Source: Paramecium tetraurelia
Lineage: Eukaryota
Direction of reading: 5' to 3'
Length of the DNA: 23,500 nucleotides
Assembly (NCBI GenBank): GCA_000165425.1
Contig: CT868015.1
Coordinates: forward strand, 248,001 to 271,500
How positions within the stretch are numbered: position 1 is the stretch's first letter; every line of letters begins with the position of its first letter. The notes beneath the pieces are model-generated. The model was not told the DNA's origin. It ran no database searches and saw only the letters and a list, made by a program, of their open reading frames with translations. The translations under genes and the position numbers were made by a program. This document shows positions 12,450-23,500 of this stretch, piece after piece.

Positions 12450-13080
12450 GCGGAGATAGAAGCTATAAAATTGAACCCCATAACAAGACACATTCCCAAC
12501 TTGATCTGAAACCATACATGATTTTATCATGCCTACTTCATATGATTCTTATTTGCGTATTGCTACCACCAATGCATTAAATGCTTACAATTGCACTAGA
12601 AGAGGCTGTTTATCAGATTTGTGGTATATCCTGTAGCGATGTACTCATACTGGATATGAAGTTTAGCCTAAATATTCAGAAAGGAAAATGAAAAGGCAGA
12701 TTGCCCAAAAGCATTACTTTGAGACTATTTTGTATTTGAGCCCAACTCCTTATTTAAGTTTTATCTCATCTACCACTGGTAGTCCTTCTAGATTTGACAG
12801 CTATAAGTATGTTTTGGTTTTTAATTTTCTGAATTAAGAACTCTCGATTTGGTAAGTGCTATTGCTTAAGAAAGGAGACATTATTATTACTCTGCTACAT
12901 AATTTGATCTTTTCAAACAATAATTAAGTCTATATATACCCCCCCAACATAAAGTATGAACTGATGTAAAGTAAATTTTAGAGATTAAGAACTATCTGCT
13001 CCTCTAATACTGTCTTCCTTTGTGTTGGACTTCTTGAGCATTTTCCTCACTTTAATTAAAATTTATAGAATTTTTGGTAA
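12450..13080 (-). mobile_element. Decayed non-LTR retrotransposon fragment (3' half of the RT domain)
   Basis: In order on the minus strand: a weak PQGS-like remnant (~13000), GY..DLIIV at ~12916-12941 (YADD-box remnant), and LSNLEGLPVVDEIK at ~12760-12800 (resembles the segment before the YLG motif). Frameshifted. Confidence 0.45.
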
Positions 13081-13399
13081 GGCGATTCTTGGTCTAAATA
13101 TATATCTATTATTTATATTTTATCCTATCAAAATTGTCTAATAGTGGTCTTACCAATTTTTTCAATATATTTGCAAAATATCTACAATAGAAACAGTTAT
13201 TTATTTTTTAAATTTATTTAAAGGATAAAATTTCAATTCTGATAAACACCATCATTTCATCTTAGACGAACTTACACCACTAATCAGAAAATATAAGTGA
13301 TCAAATAACTAAATAACTTCTCGTGAATTCAACTTATTGGATGGTTGAAATTGCAAAGCTATTGCAATCCACATTTGAATAAATAAACCAAAAATTCAT

Positions 13400-16100
13400 A
13401 AAGGATGAAAAAATTATTAATAATGAAATGGCTAATTTTCAAATGTGAATTGAAACAGGAAAGAGAAAAAAGATTATACAAACACTTAAACACTTAGGTA
13501 AATCTATTTACACCATTATATCATAACTTTTAGAAATTGAAGAAAGGAACTTAAGGATGGTATCGCTCAATAATGAAAGACAAATTTAGACCAGCATAAA
13601 ATGCCTAGAGGAAGGAAAATATAATAAAACTATTTATACTAAATAAGTTAACAATTTCAAAAGTTCATAATTATTTACCATGTTAACAAAAGGAAATCCA
13701 ATTTCAAAGGAGACAAAAATAATGAAGCAATTGTTTTTTATGAAAAATTTGGATAATTCTCACTACTAAAGAGAAAACTACAAAACAATCATTAGGGTGA
13801 AGAAAAAATCAGTAATGAAAATAAACGAATCTAAACCTAAAAAAAACATATATAGAAAGCAAATAAAGTTGAATATTAGTAAATGAATAAAAGTAATAAG
13901 CTTTAAGAGAAACAAAAGTAATTATTATACCAATCATCCCACAAGCAATTTTCGGATAACGATACCTCAAATGATAGCGAAGAACAATTCGAAGTTTAAT
14001 TACTTTGTAAAAAATGCTAAAAAGGACCATACAAGTCATAGCACTCCTATTAATAGCACATCAAGAAGTATCATTAAGGGAAAGAACTAAAGATCACTAA
14101 AATAAATACATTTTAAAAAGGAGGGAATAAAATATGAGAAAAACAAAGTTTAAACACCCTCCATAGACGATACAAATATATAAACAAAATTAAATGTCGT
14201 TAACTGGAACATCAGTTCTTTAAAAAGGAATGCATTATCTATAATAAAAACAAACTTTCCACACATAATCTGCATGTAAGAGATGAGAGGCTAACAAGTA
14301 GAAATCTCATTTAGATATACATATTGATATGCTCGTCAAAATGCTGAAAGGTTTGGAGGTATGCAAAACTTCAAACAAATAATTATTTAACTCATAGAAT
14401 AAATAGGATAATAAACGACTTTACCAATCTGTGGAGATTTCTATTATGATAAAAATCCTATTCCATTCTTCAATGATTTAATCCAAAACACGATCATAAA
14501 CTGATCACATTCTAGCTAATGAAAAAATGAAAATGAAAATTTAGTCTTATTGGTACAAAGAATCTGATCATTGTTTGATTGAAACAAAATTAGAAATAAA
14601 GAAAAAGCAAAAGAGAATCGACTCTGAAATAATATATATTGAAAACACAAAGCAATTATGGAATCTTAAAAATATAGAATTTACATGAAGACTTTGATTT
14701 ATTTATAACCACTACTTAAAGAAGATATATAAAAAGAAGATAATAAATAAAAAAAGAATTAGACTACAGTAAATAAAACAACTTCATAAAATCATATCGC
14801 TTTAGGATTAATTCAGAAATCTATTTTCAGAAAATAGAAAATCCTTTTTTAAATTATTTAAGAAAATGATCATAACAAATATAGAAAAGATGGGGGATTC
14901 TATAATTACTTTTTGAACGAAAGTTAAAACTGATCACTGGCTCTGAAGTATTTTCTAATTGTTTTTCGAAAAATTAGGAAAATATTCAAAACTAATAAAA
15001 TATGAACAGCTAACTGTTCCCAAGCTCCAAAATTTAACATAAAATCAGATTTTAGAAGACTACCAAAATAAACATCAGATAAATTTATAGAAAAAATGAA
15101 GATCATTAACAAAACATGGATTTAAAGAGTAGACAAAAAAGCATTAGATAGAGGTCTTGAAATAAAGACGAATCTCAATGATTTAACAATCCTTAGCGAT
15201 CTAAAAAATATCTAAAAACAAATTAAAACATTAAATATACTACCTAAAAACTTAGAATACTTGTTCAAATTAGGGTGGTGTTATTGCACAACTCACAGCA
15301 ATAAAAGAATTATATTTAATCATATACTAGAAGATCATTTAAGCCTCCCCTACTAAATGTTCTTAGAATCAATAACATCAAATGGATTCAATAATTATAA
15401 TAAGGACAGAATCGAGTAAGAAAACGATAAATTATATAAATAACACATTATAGATAAGAGAATCTGAGAATTAGAATATGTATCATTCCCTGAAATATGG
15501 GTGCAATAATAATAATAATACAAAAGAAACTACCTCTGTTCAACTTAAGATTATTTTGTAGAATTGAAATTCAGAAACTTAAGGAAATTGTTTGGTCAAT
15601 AGCTTGCTGTATCTATCACATTAACTTTAGAATAGAATTCATGAGATACCAAGTAACAAGAATAAATGCCTTTTCCTAGAATTTGTCCTCATTTATTATA
15701 TATAATAGCATAAGCATATTCTATTTGAAGTATTTCTCTTTTTAAGAATGAAAAACTTGAATTAAAATCTTTACATTGGCTTCTTAAGTAGTTGAATTCA
15801 AAAGGTTAGTTTGAAATCTTGAGAACTAAACATCTATTCTATTCATAAAGTAAACTTAGTTATAAGAACATAAGAGTAGTTCTCCTTTTCTTAATTTGAA
15901 GGATTTGAATCAGTAAACTGTAACCAAGCTATTATCTTGTGAGCTTACAGCAAGTTAAATAATTGTCATGATAAAATGACCATGAATAAATTTCGAATGT
16001 AAATATAAAGCATTACTTTCTTATTCTAGACTAAACTTAATCTTAAGTAACCAATACTCTCTTTTTTAAATTTGTATGTACAATCAAAAATCAATTACTA
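13400..16100 (+). mobile_element. Decayed LINE: putative ORF1 remnant followed by ORF2 with APE endonuclease and reverse transcriptase
   Basis: APE motifs in order, code 6: LNVVNWNISSL (14190), PHIICMQEMRG, ERFGGM, ICGDFY (~14430), SQTDHILAN (~14500), ESDHCLI (14563). Weaker RT remnants follow: ESITSNGF (~15370), LKSLHWLLKQL (~15770), SSPFLN (~15880), AY..-IIV (~15945). A-rich sense strand, many TGA stops and frameshifts. Ends approximate. Confidence 0.8.
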
Positions 16101-16199
16101 AAAGCAAATTCTAATAATTTTTATGCAACTCCACAAATGATTTAATATAGTCTAAACAAATGATCTTTTTATTCAATTATTTTGACGATTCACTAGCAA

Positions 16200-16950
16200 G
16201 TGGAAATAATCACTTTTCTTCCTTAGAAAAGAATAGAAAACTCAAGTTAAATTGGAATTATTTCGTCTTATTCAACTATAAAAAATATCCGATATCTTCA
16301 TAACTTTGTTATTTTTGGGTAAGATACAAAGCAAAATACATTTCATTTAACAGTTATTCTGCTTAAGAGTAAGCAATTATATAGATAGTATTATGAAAGG
16401 TTTGATAACATGCAAGCATTTATAGTAGAGATTTTTTTCAATATTAACAAAAAACATGATAATAAGGGAAAATTCTACTTTTGATAACTAATCTACGTAA
16501 TTTTTTGTGATCAATAACTCACCCCACTTTCCTTTGAGCTGAAAATCCTAATTGAAAAAAATGTATATATGGAAATTTAGCAATATTTCTAAGCATTTTT
16601 GATCACCAATCATATTTTGAAAGGAAAACAAATTGATCAATTAATCTTTCTTATTCTAAATTTACATACTTTTAACTAAATCTACCTTTACTGCCTTTCG
16701 AAACCATCTAGTTGTAATAGTTGATAATGTTATGACTAATGCAGCCCAATAATTGAAGCTTTGCTTTCGAGTTTGAATAATCTTCCAACTTATTTTCACC
16801 AAAAATTAAAAGAGTTAATTTAGTCAGAACAATAAAATCTGGACTGTTTAAAAGGTGCTGATGAATTTAAAAGGAAATTATGGATACATCAATATGTGAA
16901 TTAAATTAACGACCTTATTTATTTTGGTCTGAAAATGCTGTTTAAGAAAA
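16200..16950 (+). mobile_element. Decayed IS630/Tc1/mariner (ITm) DDE transposase remnant
   Basis: HLVVIVDNVMTN at ~16705-16740 (second catalytic D; consensus VIVMDNA..H). Then NNLPTY/SPK..RV.LV at ~16775-16825 (consensus LPPYSPELNPIE). A possible first-D remnant lies near 16475-16495. Frameshifted, and no TIRs were recognised. Confidence 0.55.
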
Positions 16951-16974
16951 TAATAGAATAACAATTCAATTCAA

Positions 16975-17160
16975 CATCCTCCTCCGGGCAGGGCTTCTAG
17001 AGAGGCCTCATCCTAAAATCTCACTCTCTTCCCCCTCCATCCTTCCTTGTTACCTACGACATCATTATGTCCTCTCTAAACCAAGCTTAGATCCTCAGAC
17101 AGTGGGGCCTAGGAGGAAGCAGCTCGAGACATCCTAATTATGAAATCACCAATGAATTAT
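16975..17160 (+). other. GC-rich coding-like island of unknown origin
   Basis: About 50% GC over 16981-17100 (60/120 by hand count), well above the flanks. One frame reads SSGQGFQRGLILKSHSLPPPSFLVTYDIIMSSLNQAQILRQWGLGGSSSRHPNYEITNELC with many C-ending codons. Confidence 0.4.
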
Positions 17161-18449
17161 GTTAAAAAAATATTTTTTAATTTAGAGTTTCTTAAAATAA
17201 AGATTGTGAGGAAGGAATAATTTGTCGATAACTTTTGATGTGCTGTTCGTTCTTGGGGGATTGATGTGATCTTGGAGGAGATCCTGATCTTGACATTCGT
17301 TAAAAAGACTATATTGGCTATAATTTCGTAAAGCTTCATTAAACTATTTCATATTAAGATGAAGCGGAGCGATGGCAAAGATATGTTTCGCAATTTAATA
17401 AGTAGCATATCCTTCAAAGAAACTTTATTTAACAAGATCTTTTTAGATTATTGATTTAAAAGAAAAAAGCGATTCTAAAATGTTATATTCCACCTTTTGT
17501 TTCCTAGTTAAATATAAGCTCACTTTAAAAATTTTATAGAATCAAAAGAATAAGTATTTATATATCACTAATAGTTTACCCTTAACATTTAAATTATTTT
17601 TATCTTCTACTTATCTTTAAGGTATTTAGCTTGTATTGATATATGAAGAATGAGTCAATTCAAATAGAGAATCTTGATACCATATATACCAAAGTTTTTT
17701 ATTTAGGCTTTGTTGTTCTCTGATTATAAAATAATATTATTTGTTTAAATCATGTTCAATTTTTATTACATGAAAATAGTGTATATCGTATTAAATGCAA
17801 ACTTAGAATAAATTAAGCAAAAAATCTAATACATGAATATCAACCTAAAGCTTATTATATATAGAAGTTGAATATCTAAATAACAAAAAGATTGTAGAAT
17901 AGTATTTGATGTACTCATGAAAGCTTGTTTAAGTTAATTTCTAGATAGTTTCACTTTCTCAATAAGTATATATTATAGCTGTATAATCTCTCGTTCTTTT
18001 AAAAATTAGTGAATTATTATGTATCATATTCATTTTGTCAGAGTAACTACAAGAAGATGGTTGATTTGGCATTAAAAATTGAATTTATACTCAACATTCG
18101 GTAAGACAGGAAAAGTGATCTTTAATGGCGTTAATAGATATGGAGTACAAATGATTATTTTAGAATTTGATATGAAGTTTATAATTGGTAAACTATAATT
18201 TGAATAGATTTGAGGAAAGTGTCTATTAATTGCAGAATAGTAGAAATTTGAAAGAATTTCAAGTGTATGTGCCATTAGATATTACATATTATGAGGTCAT
18301 AATGTAGGTTACAATAGAGGCCAAATAAGTTGAGAACCGGTGATGTACCTCATACTAATAGGAATTAGGCATCTAAGAATTTTTCTTGGATAAGGAGAAA
18401 ATAAACGAGGTATTAATTATATGGAATTGATTAATACTATCAAGCATAT

Positions 18450-20650
18450 CAAACCCCTTTTTGTCTCTTCCATGATAAATCTTCTTAAACTTTGAAAAAC
18501 TGATGTATCTTTAAAATAGTCAAAAGCAAGTGATATTTAAAGATAAGGAAATAGTTAATAAACCAAACTAACATCTTCAGATTATTCAATCACAGAAGTA
18601 TTGTCAATCCATTTCATCAATCTTTTCTTTCGACCTAAATACGTAACCTCGACAAACGTAAATCTTTTGAGCAATTTTAATAGATTCAAAATTTTCACTC
18701 AAGGATATTTTAAGAAAAAAGATTAATTCGAGATTTTAAGAATGTTCATAATATCCTTTATAAATTGCAAATACATTTAATAAAAATATAAAAATAGATC
18801 CATGTTGGTCCTAACCAACCAATTTATAGAATCAGTATGTTACACTTTCCATAAATGTCTTAATCAAGCATTCAATGTCAAAGAATCTTCATAGTGTACT
18901 TGCTCAGATGATGTTGAATGCTAAAGACCTTAGCGAGGGCTGCATCCCTTGGAACCAGAATTTTATCTATTTCGTGACATAATCTTAGACTTGGATCACA
19001 AAATAGACAATAACTTTAAGTTAATAGAGGATTGAACCATTAAAATTTTTGATAATTCGCTTTGGGAATTTTAAATTCTTTCTTATTTTTCAAGGTATTA
19101 TTTTTCAATTCTTTAACTTGAGATATCTACAAAAATCAAATTTAAAAATCTCTGGTTTATTAGCTAACACAATTAATTTGTTGAAAAATGGCAATTTTCC
19201 TTTTTCAAAGTTTTTATAGTCTCTTTCTAATCTAAGCATTTTGTAAATTAGCCAAACAAAATCGATAATAAATGGGTGTTTTAATTAATTATATTTACCC
19301 TGTAAATTTATAAAAAAGGGTTACTCTGATGGATTAACAATCTCATTTATAATTGTTTAACACAGAGTCTATAGAATTGTTTTCCACTCAATTAAAGTTT
19401 AATTTGATAATGTTGATTGAGCAAATGTAATTCTTCACCAACAAAATATTAATTTTCTTTTAGATCTTAACAGAGGCAAAACTTATAGATAATGAAGGGT
19501 CCTGATAAAAATTACCCCCTTTAAACTTGATATATTAATATATCATTTAAAAATCATAATCCAATATCTAGATTCTCACTCTTCAAAATCATACCCTATT
19601 CCCGAAGGGCAACCTATTTATGAGAATCCTGAAAGTAGTTAATTAGATTCATGCTAATTTCAGCGATAGGGTCCCTTTAATTTGGTATAATTAGGGTAGT
19701 GAGGTAGGTCATCATGGATGATTATCTATTGATATATTACACCTCTCTTATATACTAGAGTTATATCAATTAAAGCCACACTATTTCACTCTTCTAACTA
19801 CATTAATTCACATATGTAAATCATCCCTAAATTTCAACCATTTTTTCTTTGCTCAAACACAAAGCTGGTTTGTATAAAGTTACTCAACTGTAGGTTTTCC
19901 TTACTCCTACTGATATTTCTGATAGTATAGACCTATTTTTTTTCAGTAATTATTTCCAAATTTTGACATTTGATTTTTGTTATAAAAATTGTCTATTGAA
20001 ATCATATATAACTATTTTTTTAATTAATTGATTTCTTGAAATTCTAAACGATCACATTTTATGATCAAAATATAATAGAAAATCATATTTACATATTATC
20101 ATTATTTTTCAAGCTGTTTTTAGATGTTTTTTCCTTTATGTATTACTATTATATGTTTTTAAAAATTGTCAAGATTTGAAAAGCCTTGTTTGCAATATTA
20201 TAATTTTCCACCACATATGTATGATTAACAATTAATTTCAATGATCTCCTAATGTTTAATCTAAGATTTAGGTTTTGGTGTTTAAAATGTCACCTATTTT
20301 TATTCTGATAAGATCTAATTGATAAGAATCTTTCGATGGATTATTATATTGATTCAAGTTATTTATTTAGGCTTTAAAAACTCTAAAGTTGATCTAACTT
20401 AAGAATATTGTAATTTTTATTTTTGATATATTTTTTATAACTTTAAGAAAAAATATTCAAAGGTTTAATCTTCTAATTTTTATTTGCATAAGATTGAATG
20501 TTTAAGGATTTTTTAGTAAAGGAATATACTTTCCTGAGATTATCGAAACAAATAAAAGTTAAAAAAATAATCTATTTAGTGTTAGATATCCCTTAAATTT
20601 TGAATATTTTCTTCATAGGACTGGAATTGTGCCAATCTCCAAAGAGTGAA
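18450..20650 (-). mobile_element. Second decayed LINE ORF2 (APE + RT) on the minus strand
   Basis: Ordered remnants on the minus strand: ICFDNLRK (~20545), INI-NPSK (~20345), LGDH (~20247), FDHKM (~20062), NPIRVTLFYKF (~19305-19337), LF..NLQNA (~19245), G.PQG-like segment then LAFNI (~18910-18957), FVEVTYLGRK (~18625-18656). Each motif is weak, but the order is that of APE followed by RT domains 2-7. Confidence 0.6.
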
Positions 20651-20755
20651 ACACAACATTTAGTCGAAACCTTCAAATTGATTTATTCATCTTTTTACAA
20701 AAATGCAAAGTATCTATATGTATGTCCTTAATTTATTTATATGACAAAATTGCTT

Positions 20756-20905
20756 NNNNNNNNNNNNNNNNNNNNNNNNNNNNNNNNNNNNNNNNNNNNN
20801 NNNNNNNNNNNNNNNNNNNNNNNNNNNNNNNNNNNNNNNNNNNNNNNNNNNNNNNNNNNNNNNNNNNNNNNNNNNNNNNNNNNNNNNNNNNNNNNNNNNN
20901 NNNNN
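20756..20905. other. Assembly gap (150 N)
   Basis: Run of n characters. Confidence 0.99.
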
Positions 20906-20999
20906 TTTACCTACGAAATTAAACTTTATTTTGTGAAATGGTTGTTGAAAGCCCCATTGAATTTGAATTGCATTTATTTAGAGTAAAATTTACATAAAG

Positions 21000-22024
21000 T
21001 TTTTTATCACAATTTCTGCTAATTGCGTGGTGCTTCACTAGAATGATTACAATTGATGTGGATCTACTTCTTCTTGTCAGTATTGTCCGTCAACTTATGA
21101 TCTAAATGCTCGTCCAAAATTGCCCTGTCAATACCCTATCAGATGCTCATATTTCTAGAACATATCTCATTGATAATATTATTTTAGTGAACAAAAAATA
21201 TGGCCAGACAGCTTTTTCACTTCTATAATAAATTTAAAGTAAATGATTGAATAGATTGGCTACTTCTTCAATCTAATTATCCTCAAATACCTAGAATTCA
21301 ATTTCTTCTCTTAATATGTATGATACTAAGAAAATAAGTTTTTAAATGGTATGAAATGAATAAATGAATACTAAAATATCAATTCTGCTTTTCTTTTGTA
21401 ATCCATATTTGATGAATTCACTTCTAATATCATAGTTTCTACTCGAACAGATAAAGCATTATTATACAAGTTGAATAACCTTGTATATGTTACATAACCT
21501 TAGAAGCGGGTACTCTATTTAATTAATTTAACCACTTTAAATTATTTAACTCCGTGAGTATTTCGTGCTGCTTAGCCAATATTTTTAAATAACACCACAA
21601 TTCTACCCATTGTATTTAATGTCGATATTATGGTGTAATTTTCCTTGAAGAACAATCTAAGCATATACTTAACGTTTTTTATGAGTTGAAGAAAAATTTT
21701 TTTCAAATTGAGCGGTTGGATTCTTTCAAGTTAAACTATGCATTGTTAGAGAACATTCTAAAAGGTGTTTGGTATATCTACAATGAAAATGAATAATTTC
21801 TACATGAGCACCGAATGTCGGATTTTTTTTTCTAAATAATTGTAGTGCAAAAATGCTAAAGAAACTGTAGGTAAATACTTAGGCGTCCTTTTATAAATTA
21901 CTCATGCATAGTGATTTAACAATTGATCATATCATTCATCCTTCTGTAATTTTAGAGATAAAGCAGATGTAAAATTTGCACTCCTTAACTCTTGTTCGAT
22001 ACAAACTATCCTAATAGTTACCAT
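21000..22024 (-). pseudogene. Decayed coding-like sequence, tentatively a cullin N-terminal region
   Basis: From ATG ~22024 there are two early TGAs, then a long code-6 frame with LAFLHYNYLEKK, LIKNVKYML, VRVETMIL and DNQIEEVANLFNHL. Their order loosely follows cullin repeats. Long frames arise by chance in code 6, so support is weak. Confidence 0.25.
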
Positions 22025-23064
22025 TTGAGAATTGAAAACAGAAAAACATAAACTTTTTGTTAAAAAAAATTTTTATAATTAAGAAATCATTAAATTTTAG
22101 AATTTTTCCCAATATCAAAAATGAAGATAACAAAGGAACATTGTAATGATAACCGAGTAAAATATGTCTCCATAGAATTCATAAGTTTTGTCATCCTTTA
22201 ATTTAGTTGAATGATGATGTTTAAAATAGGTTTTGGAAGAGAAATATCAATCAAATATCCAAGCTTTAAATATTCCATAATAAATTAATTGACCATAAAT
22301 AATAAAAAAATTGAGAATTTAGAAAAATTCAATCTCTTTAATTCACTAAAACCAAATAACCAATTAATTCTTCAAAACAACATATGAAAGAATAGTCAAC
22401 AACAAATACGATAATTACCCTAATATAAATTGGTTTCTTTAATTAATATAAGGATCTGGAACAACAAATAAAGAAGATAATAAAAGATGTACAAGTAGAT
22501 TAATTGGAGTTTTGATTTATAAAATAAATAAATAATTAAAAGTATTTAATATGCAATGTGTTAATCAAGATAGCATTCGAAATTTGACTGCCCCAATTTT
22601 TCCACACTTCATTTTGATGTTATTTAAAAAAAATTAGTAGAAATCTGCTTCATCAATTGAATAATAATAATAATCTTAAAGATTCATCAAATTTAAAGTA
22701 ATAATTTATTCTGTTTCTGGTGTTGAATATTGTTTATTGGTTTGGAGTTAGTTAGGAAAGAAAAAAATATCAAATCAAAATGTAACTTGAAAATTCAATT
22801 TGTTATTGACAGATGACATCAAAAATAATAAAATAAAAGAACCTAGTATTCTTTAATCAGTACTAATTTACTCATATTAATTATGAATTTAGGTCTAATT
22901 TTAACAAAAATCATTTATTTAAATTTGTAATAATTTGTAAAATTAATTTAGTCAAAAAATAAAAATTTTAATTCTAAATTTATAAATACATTAAGCTCAA
23001 TAAAAATTGTTAGTTTGATTATTAAAATCTAATCATTATTGATCTTAAATAAAGGTAAAAAATT

Positions 23065-23500
23065 GTTATGCCACCTTTTGATCTTTCTGCATCGCTAAAA
23101 TTAATTGATAATGCATTACCTATATAATAATAATTAACATATAAATTACCCTTGCCACACCATGCATCAACATCTTTAGGGTTAATACAATTGCTTCTTC
23201 ATATTAATTCAAATTTCCTAATGCAAAACCTATTTATATTTAACTATGAAATACCCTTATTACAAAATGCATCAACATATTTATGGTTAAAGGATATTGC
23301 TTTATTGTAACATTCAATTGCTTCTTCATATTATTTCAAATCACTTAATGTGTTACCTATATAATAATAATTAACATATAAATTACCCTTTTTATTCCAA
23401 GCTTAAGCATATTTTGGGTTAATAGATATTGCTTCATTGTAACATTCAATTGCTTCTTAATATACATCAAGCATCTCCTTTTAAGCAATACTTGGTAATG
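23065..23500 (-). pseudogene. TPR-repeat gene fragment, disrupted (continues beyond the window end)
   Basis: Repeats QEAIECYNEAISINPKYAQAWNKK/GNTLSDLKQYEEAIECYNKAISFNHKYVDAFCNK/GFALGNLNQYEEAI. Phase-1 introns sit at the same repeat position (23357-23386, 23230-23254, 23120-23149). There is a 22-nt frameshifting deletion near 23188 and a collapsed last repeat. Confidence 0.8.

Noticed and set aside
19650..19900. Plus-strand ISAIG...VIMDD...FSLLK as a Tc1 transposase
   Set aside because: Motif spacing is wrong, and the stretch is better explained as the antisense of the minus-strand LINE linker.
20722..20986. ORFs spanning the N run
   Set aside because: Artefacts of the assembly gap.
1..23500. 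Telomeric repeats, tRNA/rRNA genes, discrete IESs
   Set aside because: No G3T3/G4T2 arrays or recognisable RNA genes were seen by eye. IESs cannot be called without a MIC-MAC comparison.

Overview
Very AT-rich eukaryotic DNA that reads as a ciliate genome, most likely Paramecium. Real genes are open only if TAA/TAG = Gln and TGA is the sole stop (genetic code 6), and introns are tiny (mostly 22-30 nt), so the supplied standard-code ORF track is mostly misleading. The window has two halves. Positions 1-10705 hold five compact genes: the 5' part of CFAP54, OSCP1 head-to-head with it 13 bp away, an acylated IQ+MORN protein, a WD40 protein and a ~1390-aa type I membrane protein. Positions ~10750-23500 contain no intact gene I could find. 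They hold three decayed non-LTR retrotransposon (LINE) remnants, a Tc1/mariner-type transposase remnant, decayed cellular-gene fragments, a GC-rich coding-like island, a ~150-nt N gap and a broken TPR gene. This looks like a boundary between somatic gene-dense DNA and germline-type transposon-rich DNA. I found no clearly new biological system. All homology calls come from manual translation and remembered motifs, not from searches.
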